DNA of 64,000 nt from Minisyncoccia bacterium (GCA_047639165.1 JBLINH010000001.1:6054-70053); one strand, 5' to 3'; shown: positions 8,316 through 18,693, numbered from the stretch's first letter. Notes: a model not told the origin generated them from the letters alone. A program made the numbers and translations.

Positions 8316-9416
8316 CTAGACTCTCTGGTATCTAGAAATATTTAACATTATTCCTACAGCAAAGAGAGTAAAGAAAAGTGCTGTACCTCCGTGACTAACA
8401 AACAAAAGAGGTAATCCTGATAGTGGAATTAATCCAAGCATCGCAGATATGTTCATAAAAGATTGAGCTGTAATCATGATTGTTAAACCAATCATCACAA
8501 GACCTGCAAATGCATTACTGGTTCTTGAGGCAATTCGGAGACCGCGAAGTGCAAAGAGGAGATATAGGATTACAAGAGCACTTGCACCTATGAACCCAAA
8601 CTCTTCAGCGGCCACAGCGAAGATAGAATCCCCTATTGGTTCTGGTAGGAAGTTAAACTTTTGAGCACTCTGTCCGAATCCTTTTCCTGCCACACCTCCT
8701 GATCCTATAGCGATCAGAGATTGTTGGATTTGATATCCAGACTCAAGCGGATCAGACGCAGGGTTTATATAAGTCATTACCCTTTCTTTTAAGTATGGTC
8801 TCGCTATTACCAGCCCAGAAAGCCCTATAAGTCCTACAAGCCCTATTATCATAAGGTGTTTCCATTTACCTCCAGCTACTACGAACATTGAAACTGCAGC
8901 CACTAGCATAATTACAAAAGTGTCCGTATCTGGTTGTAGGAGTAGTATGCTCCCAGCTACACCAGAAATAATAGCAAGTGGTATAAGGCCAAACTTAACA
9001 TCTTCAACCTTGTTCTTAATACCTGAAAGCCAAGCTGCACAATACAGAACAAAAGCGATCTTTAGAAACTCTGAAGGTTGAAATGATAGTGGTCCAATTA
9101 GTATCCATCTTTTAGCACCACCGTGCTCAAGACCGATTCCCGGTATGAAAACAAGAAGTGTTAGAACTAGTGAAAATATATAAATCCAGAAAGAGTACTT
9201 CTGCCAGAATGTGTACTTCACTCTTGAAAGTATGAAAGCAAATACTCCCCCCATCATAAGACCAAGAAGTAATTGGTTTAGAACAATGGAAGAGAATTTT
9301 ATATCATCTCTTGCAGTCAATCCTAGTGAAGCTGAGAGAAAAAGAAAAAAACCTGATACGGCAAGAGATATTACTATTATCAAAAAAGGCTTATCAATAC
9401 TTTTTAACTTGGGCAT
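8316..9416 (-). CDS. ftsW: SEDS peptidoglycan glycosyltransferase FtsW
   Basis: GAKRWI, FQPSEFLK, GYQ..QSLIAIGSGG, LPE...D.IFA...EEFG; directly after mraY. Confidence 0.9.
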   Translation of the reverse strand: MPKLKSIDKPFLIIVISLAVSGFFLFLSASLGLTARDDIKFSSIVLNQLLLGLMMGGVFAFILSRVKYTFWQKYSFWIYIFSLVLTLLVFIPGIGLEHGGAKRWILIGPLSFQPSEFLKIAFVLYCAAWLSGIKNKVEDVKFGLIPLAIISGVAGSILLLQPDTDTFVIMLVAAVSMFVVAGGKWKHLMIIGLVGLIGLSGLVIARPYLKERVMTYINPASDPLESGYQIQQSLIAIGSGGVAGKGFGQSAQKFNFLPEPIGDSIFAVAAEEFGFIGASALVILYLLFALRGLRIASRTSNAFAGLVMIGLTIMITAQSFMNISAMLGLIPLSGLPLLFVSHGGTALFFTLFAVGIMLNISRYQRV

Positions 9417-9423
9417 CTGTATA

Positions 9424-10497
9424 TTATGCAACAAGCGCAACTATCACGCCAATTACTGCAAAGATTGTGGATAATACCCAGTATCTCATTGTTACCTTGT
9501 GAGGTGGCCATCCCTTAGCTTCAAAGTGGTGATGGATGGGAGCAGAAAGAAATACTTTCTTCCCGTTTCTAAACTTCTTTGAAAGTACTTGAATGATTAC
9601 AGAAAGAGTTGTTAGTACTAACGGCATTGCGATGATTGGTAGTACAAAAATTCCAAATCCTTCCGCCAGATTATCAGTCATGAAGGCAACAATACCTAGT
9701 GTAACTGTTAGACCCATTGTTCCTGTTTCGGACATATAGAATCTGGCTGGTGGAATATTGAACCAAAGAAAGGCTAGAAGACCACCGACAATCAATGCAC
9801 AAAAAGCTGCGAGATTGACCTGGTCGTATGCAAATGCAATTAGTGCGTACGCACTGAACATAATAGCAAACACACCTCCTGCTAGACCATCAATTCCGTC
9901 GATAACTCCACCAGAGTAAAGAGCTAGGATAACAAGTGTAAAGAACGGAATGATTAACCACCCAAGTGAAAGTGTTTCAATAAAGGGAAAACCGATTGAT
10001 GAAATTCCAAGTTTTGTGTAGAACCAAAAAGAAACTATAAGACCTATGAGTCCAACAACAACTAGTCTTTTCTTTAGAGACAGTCCACCTGCGTGGTGAT
10101 CCCCCGTATCGGATACTTCCATGTAATCGTCTACTAATCCTACAAACCCTCCCAAGAGAAGAGTAGCAAGTGGAATCCATGTTTGGTTTCTACTTAGAAA
10201 ATCTAATTTATCAAAAACATCAAAAGGTAAGAACTTAGCAAGAGACCAAAGACCTGTAATTACAATGAAGGAGCTAATCCAAACTATTACACCACCCATT
10301 CTAGGTGTGTTCATTTCCCTATCTTTGTGGAGACTTGCAAACACAGGAGCCGGACGTCCATCTACTGCCACAGACTTTACTTTCTTCTTCCACATCTTGT
10401 TTCTGTACAAGTAGCCAGAGACTGCTGGAGTTATGAGAATACCTACAAAGAAGGCTAATATTGAAGGTAGTATTACTTTAACTACGTCTATTAACAT
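9424..10497 (-). CDS. mraY: Phospho-MurNAc-pentapeptide transferase (divergent)
   Basis: TPRMGG, GLVDD, DGIDGLA, FN.PPA, APIHHHFE. Confidence 0.93.
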   Translation of the reverse strand: MLIDVVKVILPSILAFFVGILITPAVSGYLYRNKMWKKKVKSVAVDGRPAPVFASLHKDREMNTPRMGGVIVWISSFIVITGLWSLAKFLPFDVFDKLDFLSRNQTWIPLATLLLGGFVGLVDDYMEVSDTGDHHAGGLSLKKRLVVVGLIGLIVSFWFYTKLGISSIGFPFIETLSLGWLIIPFFTLVILALYSGGVIDGIDGLAGGVFAIMFSAYALIAFAYDQVNLAAFCALIVGGLLAFLWFNIPPARFYMSETGTMGLTVTLGIVAFMTDNLAEGFGIFVLPIIAMPLVLTTLSVIIQVLSKKFRNGKKVFLSAPIHHHFEAKGWPPHKVTMRYWVLSTIFAVIGVIVALVA

Positions 10498-10549
10498 AAT
10501 GGAAAGTATAGCGTATTCCTTTTATTTTTACTATTCATATGAAAAAGAT

Positions 10550-11503
10550 TTACTCACTCAAATAGTATTGAAATACAGCTTTGGCTAATCTATCTACATC
10601 ATCAAATCTTCCATCAATGGTTGAACCCAGTACTACTATAGCAACAGGATTGTTCAATCCAGGATTGATAACCACTGCAAGATTTCCTCCAGCAAGATCA
10701 GTATATCCAGTCTTTGATCCAACTATGTTTGGAAGACTCCCTACAATATTATTTGTGTTCGTCACTTCATACTCAAATCCATTAATGCTCGTTGTATTAA
10801 AAGTGGGCTCTACTGTCGCCTCTAGTAGGTATGGGTAGTTATTTAAAATATATTCCATAAGAATTGTCATGTCTTTTGCAGATCCTTTTGCTCCTGGAGT
10901 AGTCTCATCTACATCAAGTCCTGTTTCGTTCTTGAATCTTGTAGCACTCATACCAATTCTTTTTGCAAAGTCATTCATTTGATTAACAGAAGAATTATCG
11001 TCAGTAGGAAGTATAGACCCAATAGCTGAAGCTATGGCAGATGCCCCATCATTTGATGATGATACAAGTGTTAGATCTGTGATGTTTTTTAATTTAAATA
11101 CCTCATTGATATGGAATCCATTATCCCCTTCCATATCAAGATTCTCTTTTCTCACCACTACATCACCTTCTCTACCGAGAACTTCAATAGCAGTTAGTGC
11201 TGTCATCATTTTTGTTAGAGACGCTAATGGAATAGATTCATTAGCCTTCTTTGCGTATAGGATTTTTCCAGACTCTAGTTCTTTTACATATGCAGACATA
11301 GCTTGTATATCTATATCCTCAAAATCCTCCCCAACTTCTAGAGTGTTAACAAAACCCTCATTGATGTTATCCGGAACCTCTTTTTCATCAACCACTATTT
11401 TTGTGAGTATGAAAGCCACAATAAGTACTATAATAGGACCGATTAAGACAAAAGCAGTCATTAGAAAATCCTTATTCCTTTGTATGTTATTACTCTCCAG
11501 CAT
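10550..11503 (-). CDS. D-alanyl-D-alanine carboxypeptidase (S11)
   Basis: SxxK (ASLTK), SxN (SSN), KTG; N-terminal TM. Confidence 0.92.
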   Translation of the reverse strand: MLESNNIQRNKDFLMTAFVLIGPIIVLIVAFILTKIVVDEKEVPDNINEGFVNTLEVGEDFEDIDIQAMSAYVKELESGKILYAKKANESIPLASLTKMMTALTAIEVLGREGDVVVRKENLDMEGDNGFHINEVFKLKNITDLTLVSSSNDGASAIASAIGSILPTDDNSSVNQMNDFAKRIGMSATRFKNETGLDVDETTPGAKGSAKDMTILMEYILNNYPYLLEATVEPTFNTTSINGFEYEVTNTNNIVGSLPNIVGSKTGYTDLAGGNLAVVINPGLNNPVAIVVLGSTIDGRFDDVDRLAKAVFQYYLSE

Positions 11504-12035
11504 CTTGGTTATTTATGAAGTCATCTATATCTTTTTGAATTTGTTCGTACTCGGGCATATCTTCCTTTCTAGATATTCCAAGAAATTGAATAGTTTCAAA
11601 AGTTGGTCTATACAGGAAGGATCTGTCATCCTTTGGATCCGCCTTCTTTTCAATCAGACCCCTAATCAAGAGGGTTCTCAGTATGAACTGTGAACTTACT
11701 CCTCTTATGTAATCTACCTCACTTCGCTTCACAGGTCCACGATATACGATAATCGTCAATGTTTCAAGTGCTGCTTTTGATAATGACTTATTTAAGTCAT
11801 TTTTTCTTAGTTTTTCTATGGTCTCAGAAAGCTCATCATTTGTAACAAGAAGTACACTTCCATCTTTTTCTATCACAGATAATCCTGAATTAGATAACCT
11901 TTCTTTTAGGTCCACTATCCCCTTTCTCGTTTCTTCTACTGAAATATCGAGGATAGTAGAAAGATTCGTTATCTTTACAGGTTCTCCTTTGTAAAAGAGT
12001 ACCGCTTCTATTTTTTTATCAAGTGATGTTTCCAT
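11490..12035 (-). CDS. scpB: SMC-Scp complex subunit ScpB
   Basis: IEAVLF, LSKAALETL.II.Y..PV.R.EVDYIRGV. Confidence 0.95.
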   Translation of the reverse strand: METSLDKKIEAVLFYKGEPVKITNLSTILDISVEETRKGIVDLKERLSNSGLSVIEKDGSVLLVTNDELSETIEKLRKNDLNKSLSKAALETLTIIVYRGPVKRSEVDYIRGVSSQFILRTLLIRGLIEKKADPKDDRSFLYRPTFETIQFLGISRKEDMPEYEQIQKDIDDFINNQDAGE

Positions 12036-12776
12036 TTATGAGTAGTTAGGAGTTGTTACTTCTGTTGTTTCCATTTGTATGTCCGCGTAGTCGGAATGTT
12101 GATTAACATTTATGATTCCTTGTTTTACAAGTTCGAGCATAGCTAGAAAACTAATGATAACATTTACTCTTTCTTCTTTGCTCATCTCTTTTCCAGATCC
12201 TGAGAATTCTCTGAAAGTCATTTGTAAACCATTTCGTATTCTTTTGCTTAGATTCTCGATAACGTCATTGAGACTCAGTACTTTTTGTACTGCAACTTCT
12301 TGAAGTTTTTCAACTTTAGGAAATAGGTTTATAACTACCCTGACCAGTGTTCCTAAGTTAGTTTTAGATATCTGATCGTCTGGAACAAACATAGGTTCAG
12401 TGTTTTTGTAACCACCTCCAGTGAATGAAATATTTTTTCCAAACATTTCACTTGTATGAACCGATACTTCTTGTAGCCTCTTGTATATTTTTAGTCTTGT
12501 TTCTAGGTCCTCGATACTCTGTTCCTCATCTTCCGTTAGTTCAATTGATGGTAACAGTGATTTGGACTTTATCAGTAATAGCGTTGAAGCTGTAAGGATG
12601 AAGTGTGAGGTTTTCTTCAAAGAGACTTTATCCAAGTCATTTATGTAGTTTATATAGTCATCGGTAACTTGAGAAAGAGATATGTCATTGATTAAGAGTT
12701 TCCTCTTTTCAATCAAAGACAGAAGAAGGTCCATAGGACCTTCAAATACTTCGGTTTTTATCTCAAACCCTGTCAT
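12036..12776 (-). CDS. scpA: Segregation/condensation protein A
   Basis: FEGPMDLLL.LI, LL.IKSKSLLP, FLAMLEL.K.G. Confidence 0.95.
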   Translation of the reverse strand: MTGFEIKTEVFEGPMDLLLSLIEKRKLLINDISLSQVTDDYINYINDLDKVSLKKTSHFILTASTLLLIKSKSLLPSIELTEDEEQSIEDLETRLKIYKRLQEVSVHTSEMFGKNISFTGGGYKNTEPMFVPDDQISKTNLGTLVRVVINLFPKVEKLQEVAVQKVLSLNDVIENLSKRIRNGLQMTFREFSGSGKEMSKEERVNVIISFLAMLELVKQGIINVNQHSDYADIQMETTEVTTPNYS

Positions 12777-13369
12777 TATATTTCAGCGCTAAACTTAATT
12801 TGTACCTCATTGTCAGCTAAAATTACATCTAAACCGAATGGTTCTGTATCGATGATGAAGTCAGCTGAAATAATACCCCCTTCTTGAGCTACTGGGAATG
12901 TAACTTCTTTTGGAACTCCTTTAATGGTTAGAACTCCAGTTACGTTTCCTTTTGTCTCTGAAACTCTTTCAGCTTTAGTTAGCTTGAATGTAGATTTAGG
13001 GTATTTCGCACAGTTAAAGAATATCTCTGTACACAGGTCAGTGTTTAGTTTACCTATCCCAGCATCAATTGATGAGTTATCAAATGTGATTGTTCCCCCA
13101 GTGAAATGATCTCCATTGTGTTCTATGTTTTTTATAGACATCTTATGGAAAGTACCTTCATGACTTTTTCCAGGACCGAAACCTATAAATTTGAAATCTA
13201 ATTTACTTAGATCGTAGCTTACTCCAGATTCTTCAATTACTTCCCCTTTGTTTACTTCAACATCCTTGATATCAGCTCTCTCTATATCTTTAGGTGCTCC
13301 ACTTGTGGCTAGAACTATGGCTAGTATCACCGCGATTATGAGTACTATGGTTACAATTACTTTTTTCAT
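12776..13369 (-). CDS. YceI family lipid/polyisoprenoid-binding protein
   Basis: H.G.F, SID.G...L..DL....FF....YP..TF, G.LTIKGV.KEV.FPV. Confidence 0.85.
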   Translation of the reverse strand: MKKVIVTIVLIIAVILAIVLATSGAPKDIERADIKDVEVNKGEVIEESGVSYDLSKLDFKFIGFGPGKSHEGTFHKMSIKNIEHNGDHFTGGTITFDNSSIDAGIGKLNTDLCTEIFFNCAKYPKSTFKLTKAERVSETKGNVTGVLTIKGVPKEVTFPVAQEGGIISADFIIDTEPFGLDVILADNEVQIKFSAEI

Positions 13370-13522
13370 TTGATTGAAGGTTATTTGTGTAAGTTAGGGG
13401 TATTATATCATTTTTGAATATTTTACTCGAGGTTCAGTGTTTGAGTATAGATATAGATAGAAAGAGGGAGTACTTAACTAAAGATCAAACAAATAAAGAT
13501 TTTGTTAATCCGGAACCTATTA

Positions 13523-13999
13523 TTACGATTCAGTAATAACACTCCACAATCTATCAGCACATTCTCCACTAAAGTTATGATCACAGTTTTCTAGTATCAC
13601 TAATTCCCCACCAACTTTAGTATTTAATTCTTCAGATATTTTATATCCACCATTACGAGCTCCAACAATTAAGATATTTTTTATATCTTTAACTTTCTCA
13701 CTTAAATCAGGAAGTGAATTAAGTTTGTCAGATAGAAACTCGGGATGTCGTGATGGTTCCAGAAAAATAGATCTTTTAACACTACTGTCTATACAGTGCG
13801 CTCCCAAACTATGAGATATTACAAGATCATATTGTTCAAGGTTTTTTATATTAAAATCTTCTTCGGAAACATCTTTTTTATCAAAAGGGAAAATACCTTC
13901 AATTAAGCCACCTTTTTCTTTGTACGAATTAGACAAGAAGATGAATAGATCATCATCTGCGGTTTCTTGTAATCCTCCTATGTATAGAGTTTTATTCAT
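13523..13999 (-). CDS. Minimal alpha/beta-hydrolase-like protein
   Basis: SHSLG nucleophile elbow and C-terminal DHNF His. Confidence 0.55.
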   Translation of the reverse strand: MNKTLYIGGLQETADDDLFIFLSNSYKEKGGLIEGIFPFDKKDVSEEDFNIKNLEQYDLVISHSLGAHCIDSSVKRSIFLEPSRHPEFLSDKLNSLPDLSEKVKDIKNILIVGARNGGYKISEELNTKVGGELVILENCDHNFSGECADRLWSVITES

Positions 14000-14880
14000 T
14001 TGGAAGTAATTATCAAAGCTTGGGATGCCTCTCCTTTTTTGTGAATAGTTAAATAATCAAAATGCTCTTGATTTATTTCCATTAACCAATACTCTTCTAA
14101 CGGCCAATAGAAACCAGCCTGTTCGATTAAATTAGTATTTTTTAAAAGAGTATCAGATGTTGGTATAATAACTGGCTCATCTGATTTTTTATTTTTAAAA
14201 ATACGGTCTGCTAAAGCTGTTACTGAATTATGTGTTTTTTCAAAAGCGAACTCAACTTGTTCATATATACCATTAGAATTTCGAGCTCTCATTAATCCTC
14301 TTGACGTGTGTTGTGCGATAGAAACATATTTTTGTCCAAACTCCTCAATTAGAAATTTCCCAACATCTTTCTGTTTCTCTATAACATATTTACCAACATG
14401 CATATTGTGTGCGCTAAAGAAGTGAATAGCATCTTTGCAATAATGTTTTTTTATATTATTAAAAATAATATAACTATGACTCTTTAACATCTTTTCCTGA
14501 TCCATAGATTTTTTCTCATTTGGATTCCTAAAATCAACACCATGGATCTCAATTTGTACCCCATCGTTCATAGATAGTTTAGCGAGTGAGAGAAGAAGGT
14601 TGTAAATTTCCTGTGTTTGCCAAATTTTATACAACTTATTTAAACAGCTTTTAATATTTACTTCTATTAAAGAGTCATTGTTTTTAATCTTCTCGAGTAA
14701 CTCGTGTATTGGATCTTCGTATGCCTCAAGGTAGAAAACAATTTTTTTGTCTTTATTACTTCGTATATGATCAAGAATTAGGTTGTGTTTCCAATTACTC
14801 TCTGTAGATGACCCGTGTGAAGATTCTCCGAGCCCTATGATATTTCCTGGGTTAAATATTTTTTTTGGTAATCTAAACAT
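13996..14880 (-). CDS. Erythromycin esterase (EreA/EreB) family protein
   Basis: IIGLGESSHG, FYLE, HGVD, SAHNMHV, G..L...FGQKYVSIA, FD.L. Confidence 0.8.
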   Translation of the reverse strand: MFRLPKKIFNPGNIIGLGESSHGSSTESNWKHNLILDHIRSNKDKKIVFYLEAYEDPIHELLEKIKNNDSLIEVNIKSCLNKLYKIWQTQEIYNLLLSLAKLSMNDGVQIEIHGVDFRNPNEKKSMDQEKMLKSHSYIIFNNIKKHYCKDAIHFFSAHNMHVGKYVIEKQKDVGKFLIEEFGQKYVSIAQHTSRGLMRARNSNGIYEQVEFAFEKTHNSVTALADRIFKNKKSDEPVIIPTSDTLLKNTNLIEQAGFYWPLEEYWLMEINQEHFDYLTIHKKGEASQALIITSK

Positions 14881-15113
14881 AAGCAGATTTTATCATAATT
14901 AATTTCCATGTATCCTGTGATATATTATCCGTATGGTCATAGACATAGAACTAACATTAAATAGGTTTGGTTTTGGAAAGATTTCGGAAAATAAGTTTCA
15001 ATTATTTTGTTTCAGATTTTCCAAATGGAATATACCAAACAAGCACTCTATTTCTTTTGAGATAAACTGGAGGACGGGAGGTAAAGCCTAAACATTCATT
15101 CTTTATCCATCCA

Positions 15114-15632
15114 CTAATTCGATACCTCTGAATTTAGTCGCGACTTAGCTTCTTTTAAAATAGCTAAATCCCTCTCAACCATAAATTGCCCTCCATAATT
15201 GTTGGTCTTAATATCAGCTACTAAGACAATGGCTTCATCCAGATCAACCCAGTGTATTTCATAACCACTTTCAATTTCAGATTCTGTGAAATTAGGTTTG
15301 TTCTTGTCTCCAACAACCTTAGCAAAAAAGTTGTGTGATTCTTGGAATAGTTCTTGCTGACCACGATATTCAATAACCATTCCTAACTCTTCACCAATTT
15401 CAATATCACATCCAATTTCCTCTTCCGCTTCTCTTTCTAAGCCTTGCTTAATAGTTTCTCCTCCTTCTACTCCACCACCCGGTAATTTATAGTAGTTATA
15501 TGTTGATACTTTAAGTAATGCAATCTTATCATCAGTATCAAATATAACTGCTCTAGCAGCGACTCGTTTACGAAATTTTGTTACCTCTAAATCTTTAATA
15601 TTTTCTGGATTTATGATTTTAAGTTCTCTCAT
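15114..15632 (-). CDS. NUDIX hydrolase
   Basis: LPGGGVEGGE....GLEREAEEEIG Nudix box. Confidence 0.93.
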   Translation of the reverse strand: MRELKIINPENIKDLEVTKFRKRVAARAVIFDTDDKIALLKVSTYNYYKLPGGGVEGGETIKQGLEREAEEEIGCDIEIGEELGMVIEYRGQQELFQESHNFFAKVVGDKNKPNFTESEIESGYEIHWVDLDEAIVLVADIKTNNYGGQFMVERDLAILKEAKSRLNSEVSN

Positions 15633-16054
15633 ATAGATTTCTTTAATTCTTCAGTAATTTGAATAAGTACTTCTTCTGAGATTTTTTCTACATTCTCTTC
15701 TCCTCTTAAGTAGTGATGTGCGAAATTTGGATCTGAAAAAGTTTTTCCAGCAACATTAACAGGATCTTCGTGTCTTGGTCTTAGATGCCAATGAACTCTT
15801 GGAGTCGGTGGATTATTCTTATATGCGTTATTCATTAAACAAGTCCAATTAAACATTGTTGCATTAAAAGTTTTTTTAAAGAGATCCTCAGTCTTTTTAA
15901 CAATTTTATAAAAATCGTCACTTTCTTCTTTAGATATTTCTGATAGATGACCGCAATCTCTTTTTAATAGGATTAATGATCTTCCTAGATATTTCTGATC
16001 CTGCATTAAATACACTTCCCAGTAGGATGTTTCAAAAATTAACTCTTTTTTCAT
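15629..16054 (-). CDS. HIT family hydrolase
   Basis: Q.YLGR, FNW.CLMN, R-V-H-W-H variant of the HxHxH triad. Confidence 0.8.
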   Translation of the reverse strand: MKKELIFETSYWEVYLMQDQKYLGRSLILLKRDCGHLSEISKEESDDFYKIVKKTEDLFKKTFNATMFNWTCLMNNAYKNNPPTPRVHWHLRPRHEDPVNVAGKTFSDPNFAHHYLRGEENVEKISEEVLIQITEELKKSI

Positions 16055-16085
16055 TTAGTGATTATAGCAGAAATAGATTTGAAGA

Positions 16086-16586
16086 TTATTTATTATATAC
16101 TTCCAATCCTCTTCGAAGAACTTCAAGCTTAAATGGCTTGTCTTCTATGTAATCAGTATATTCTTCAAGGTCAATCCACTTTATACCTGTAATATTTCCA
16201 GCTATGTCTTCTACAAAGTCTCCATCAGGGATAACTTCACAGAGATATAGTGCTCGGTAGTATGTATCACCAGTTGAAGCTTTAATTTTCTGATAAGAAA
16301 TTGGTTTCCAAGATTCAACTATACAGTTTGTTTCTTCCAGAACCTCTCTTTTTAGAGTGTCGATGATATTTTCTCCATCTTCTCGACTTCCACCGGGAAT
16401 ACTCCAAATATTCCATTTTGGATGAAAAACAACAAGTAGTTTGCCATTATGGATACATACAGCATGAGATTTTTCAATGAGATTATCTGGAATATTAGAA
16501 AAATCGTCCACATTTACATGTTTAACGTCACATCTCTCATTTTTGAATGTAATTACTTTCTTGAATAGAATTCCTTTTTTGTTCAT
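16086..16586 (-). CDS. NUDIX hydrolase
   Basis: WSIPGGSREDGE....TLKREVLEET. Confidence 0.92.
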   Translation of the reverse strand: MNKKGILFKKVITFKNERCDVKHVNVDDFSNIPDNLIEKSHAVCIHNGKLLVVFHPKWNIWSIPGGSREDGENIIDTLKREVLEETNCIVESWKPISYQKIKASTGDTYYRALYLCEVIPDGDFVEDIAGNITGIKWIDLEEYTDYIEDKPFKLEVLRRGLEVYNK

Positions 16587-16687
16587 GTGTAAAAGATAGT
16601 AACACATTCAATTTAAACCACTACTTTATTTTTTTTTGAATGACTTTTAAGAAAGAATAAAATAGATAAATTTGTTGGTTTCTTATA

Positions 16688-17487
16688 TTAAGTCAATAAT
16701 CCTAATTCTCTTAGTATTGGCTCCCAAACAAAAACATGACTTCTTCCATAAACAATAAATTGGGCATTTCTATCACTGTGTTTTTCTTTTATTTTTTTAA
16801 TAACATAAGCATCTCTAGTTATTGTTATAAATTCTGCTACATCACGAATAGGATTATCCTTATTAGTTGGATCAGCTAGTAAATATGAATTTTTAATTTC
16901 CATATCGTCTAATTTACCGTCAAAAATATTATATTTACCAAGTATTCTCTGTAAATCAGAAATATTAAAAACCATATCAGATAATGAATAACTGTTAAAT
17001 TTATCTAAGAAGTATTGAATGTATTCTGATAATTTTTTTTCTTTTATATTTTCATTAAAATATTGATACATCACATCTCCCATTTGTGACAAAAATGTTT
17101 TTTCAATTCCGTATTTTTGCACCGATTCATATAATAATTTCTTTTTAGAAGGGTCATAACATTCGATGTCAATTCCATCCCTATTAGCTATAAATGTTAA
17201 ATATCCACCTTCGCCACCTTCTTTCTGAAGTGATTCAACAATATTATTTGCAACATTTCTAAAACCACCTTCAACTACTGCTACTTTTTTTCAGAATCAT
17301 TTCTTAAAAATTTAGTCCAATGTTTATCCAGTACCTTTATCTGGTCGTCATCTAAAGAAAAAGTATGTTTCATTCCGATAATTAAAAGATTTTTGTTTTG
17401 TAATATGTACGGAGATTCACCCATGACACCCTTGTCCGAGTAACTATTATTATTTTTTAGATAATTGCGGATTTCTTCTATTTTCAT
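16688..17487 (-). pseudogene. One gene split by a -1 frame change at an A7 run (about 266 aa if fused); TraB/ChaN/EreA(TIKI)-superfamily-like
   Basis: ORF 17281-17487 ends GAA AAA AAG TAG; the -1 frame reads KKVAVVEGG... without a stop into ORF 16688-17122; G.KH, VEG and YGRSH motifs. Confidence 0.8.
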
Positions 17488-17497
17488 AAAGTAAAGA

Positions 17498-17677
17498 TTA
17501 GCATAAAAAAGCATCGTGGCCACTACGCCACGATGCTGAATATTGAAGTTTAATTTGTTCCATATTGAAGAAAGGATTTCTTATCTTCCCTATGTCCTTA
17601 AAAAAAGACTCTGCCTCTAACTTCACCTTTTCAAAGTTTTTGTCTTCCCAGTTCTCTTTTTGATCAGCTTGTTCCAT
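17498..17677 (-). pseudogene. 59-codon ORF, probably a truncated gene remnant
   Basis: MEQADQKENWEDKNFEKVKLEAESFFKDIGKIRNPFFN... runs through the terminator hairpin before stopping. Confidence 0.45.
17505..17538 (-). terminator. Intrinsic terminator downstream of trpS and the remnant ORF
   Basis: AGCATCGTGGC/GCCACGATGCT stem then T-tract on the minus strand. Confidence 0.85.
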
Positions 17678-17724
17678 AAAATAAACATTAATAAATTTAT
17701 GTATATTAGTAAAAATATTTAATT

Positions 17725-18693
17725 CTATCTAAACCCCACTTTCTCTCTAACCTCTTTCATCTTCTTTTCCAACATCTTGTTAGCCTTCTTTCCTCCATTT
17801 TTGAGTATCTTGAGTACTTTTGCAGGGTTTCGGGCAATCTTTTCTCTTCTCTCCCTTAAAGGCGATATAAAGGATATAAGGTCCTCTATAAGCATGTCCT
17901 TAGCTTCTTTGTACCCCATTCCACCTTCTCTGTATCTTTTAGCTAAATCTAGAGTTTCACTCTCGTTTAAAAGCAGTTTATGTATATTATAAATATTGTT
18001 TGTCTCTGGGTCTTTTGACTCCTCTACCCCCTTTGAATCTGTTTCGATCTTCATCACTGCAGATTTGATCTCGTCATCATCAGCAAAGAGTGGAATTGTA
18101 TTCCCATAGCTCTTACTCATCTTTTTTCCATCAATTCCTGGAACAGTTGAAACACTTTCAAGAATTAGTTCCTTTGGAAGTTTGAAAGTTTCTCCATAAA
18201 TTCTGTTGAACTTCTCGGCTATATCTCTCGCTATTTCAACGTGTTGTTTCTGGTCTTTTCCGACTGGTACTATATCAGCACCTGGAAGAAGAATGTCCGC
18301 CGCCATCAGAATTGGATAGTTGAACACTCCAACATTGATTTCTTTGTCTTTAGCCTCTGCATCCTTAAAAGCATGAGCTCTCATTAGGTACGGCATTGTT
18401 GTTAGACAGTCAAAAATCCACGCAAGCTCCGTGACTTGGGGGACATCTGATTGTTTATATATATTTACTTTCTTTGGATCAAGACCTATAGCTAGGTAGT
18501 CAATTACAAGATCAAGAGTTAGTTTCTCCATCTCCTCCTTGTTTTGAATTGATGTCAGTGAGTGAAGATTAGCTATGAATATGTTTGATGTATATTCTCC
18601 TTGTAGTCCTACGAATTGTTTCATTGCACCAAAATAGTTTCCAATATGAGGTCTTCCTGTTGGCTTTACGCCAGAGAGTAGTGTCTTTTTCAT
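17725..18693 (-). CDS. trpS: Tryptophan--tRNA ligase
   Basis: SGVKPTG.PHIGNYFGA, YP.LMAADIL, VPVGKDQ.QH, KMSKS. Confidence 0.98.
   Translation of the reverse strand: MKKTLLSGVKPTGRPHIGNYFGAMKQFVGLQGEYTSNIFIANLHSLTSIQNKEEMEKLTLDLVIDYLAIGLDPKKVNIYKQSDVPQVTELAWIFDCLTTMPYLMRAHAFKDAEAKDKEINVGVFNYPILMAADILLPGADIVPVGKDQKQHVEIARDIAEKFNRIYGETFKLPKELILESVSTVPGIDGKKMSKSYGNTIPLFADDDEIKSAVMKIETDSKGVEESKDPETNNIYNIHKLLLNESETLDLAKRYREGGMGYKEAKDMLIEDLISFISPLRERREKIARNPAKVLKILKNGGKKANKMLEKKMKEVREKVGFR

Noticed and set aside
9466-9474. Second TGTGGATAA DnaA box
   Set aside because: Isolated and inside the mraY coding sequence; probably chance
14890-15110. Gap between the NUDIX and Ere-like genes
   Set aside because: Only short broken frames and no clear structure; possibly a decayed gene but not supportable
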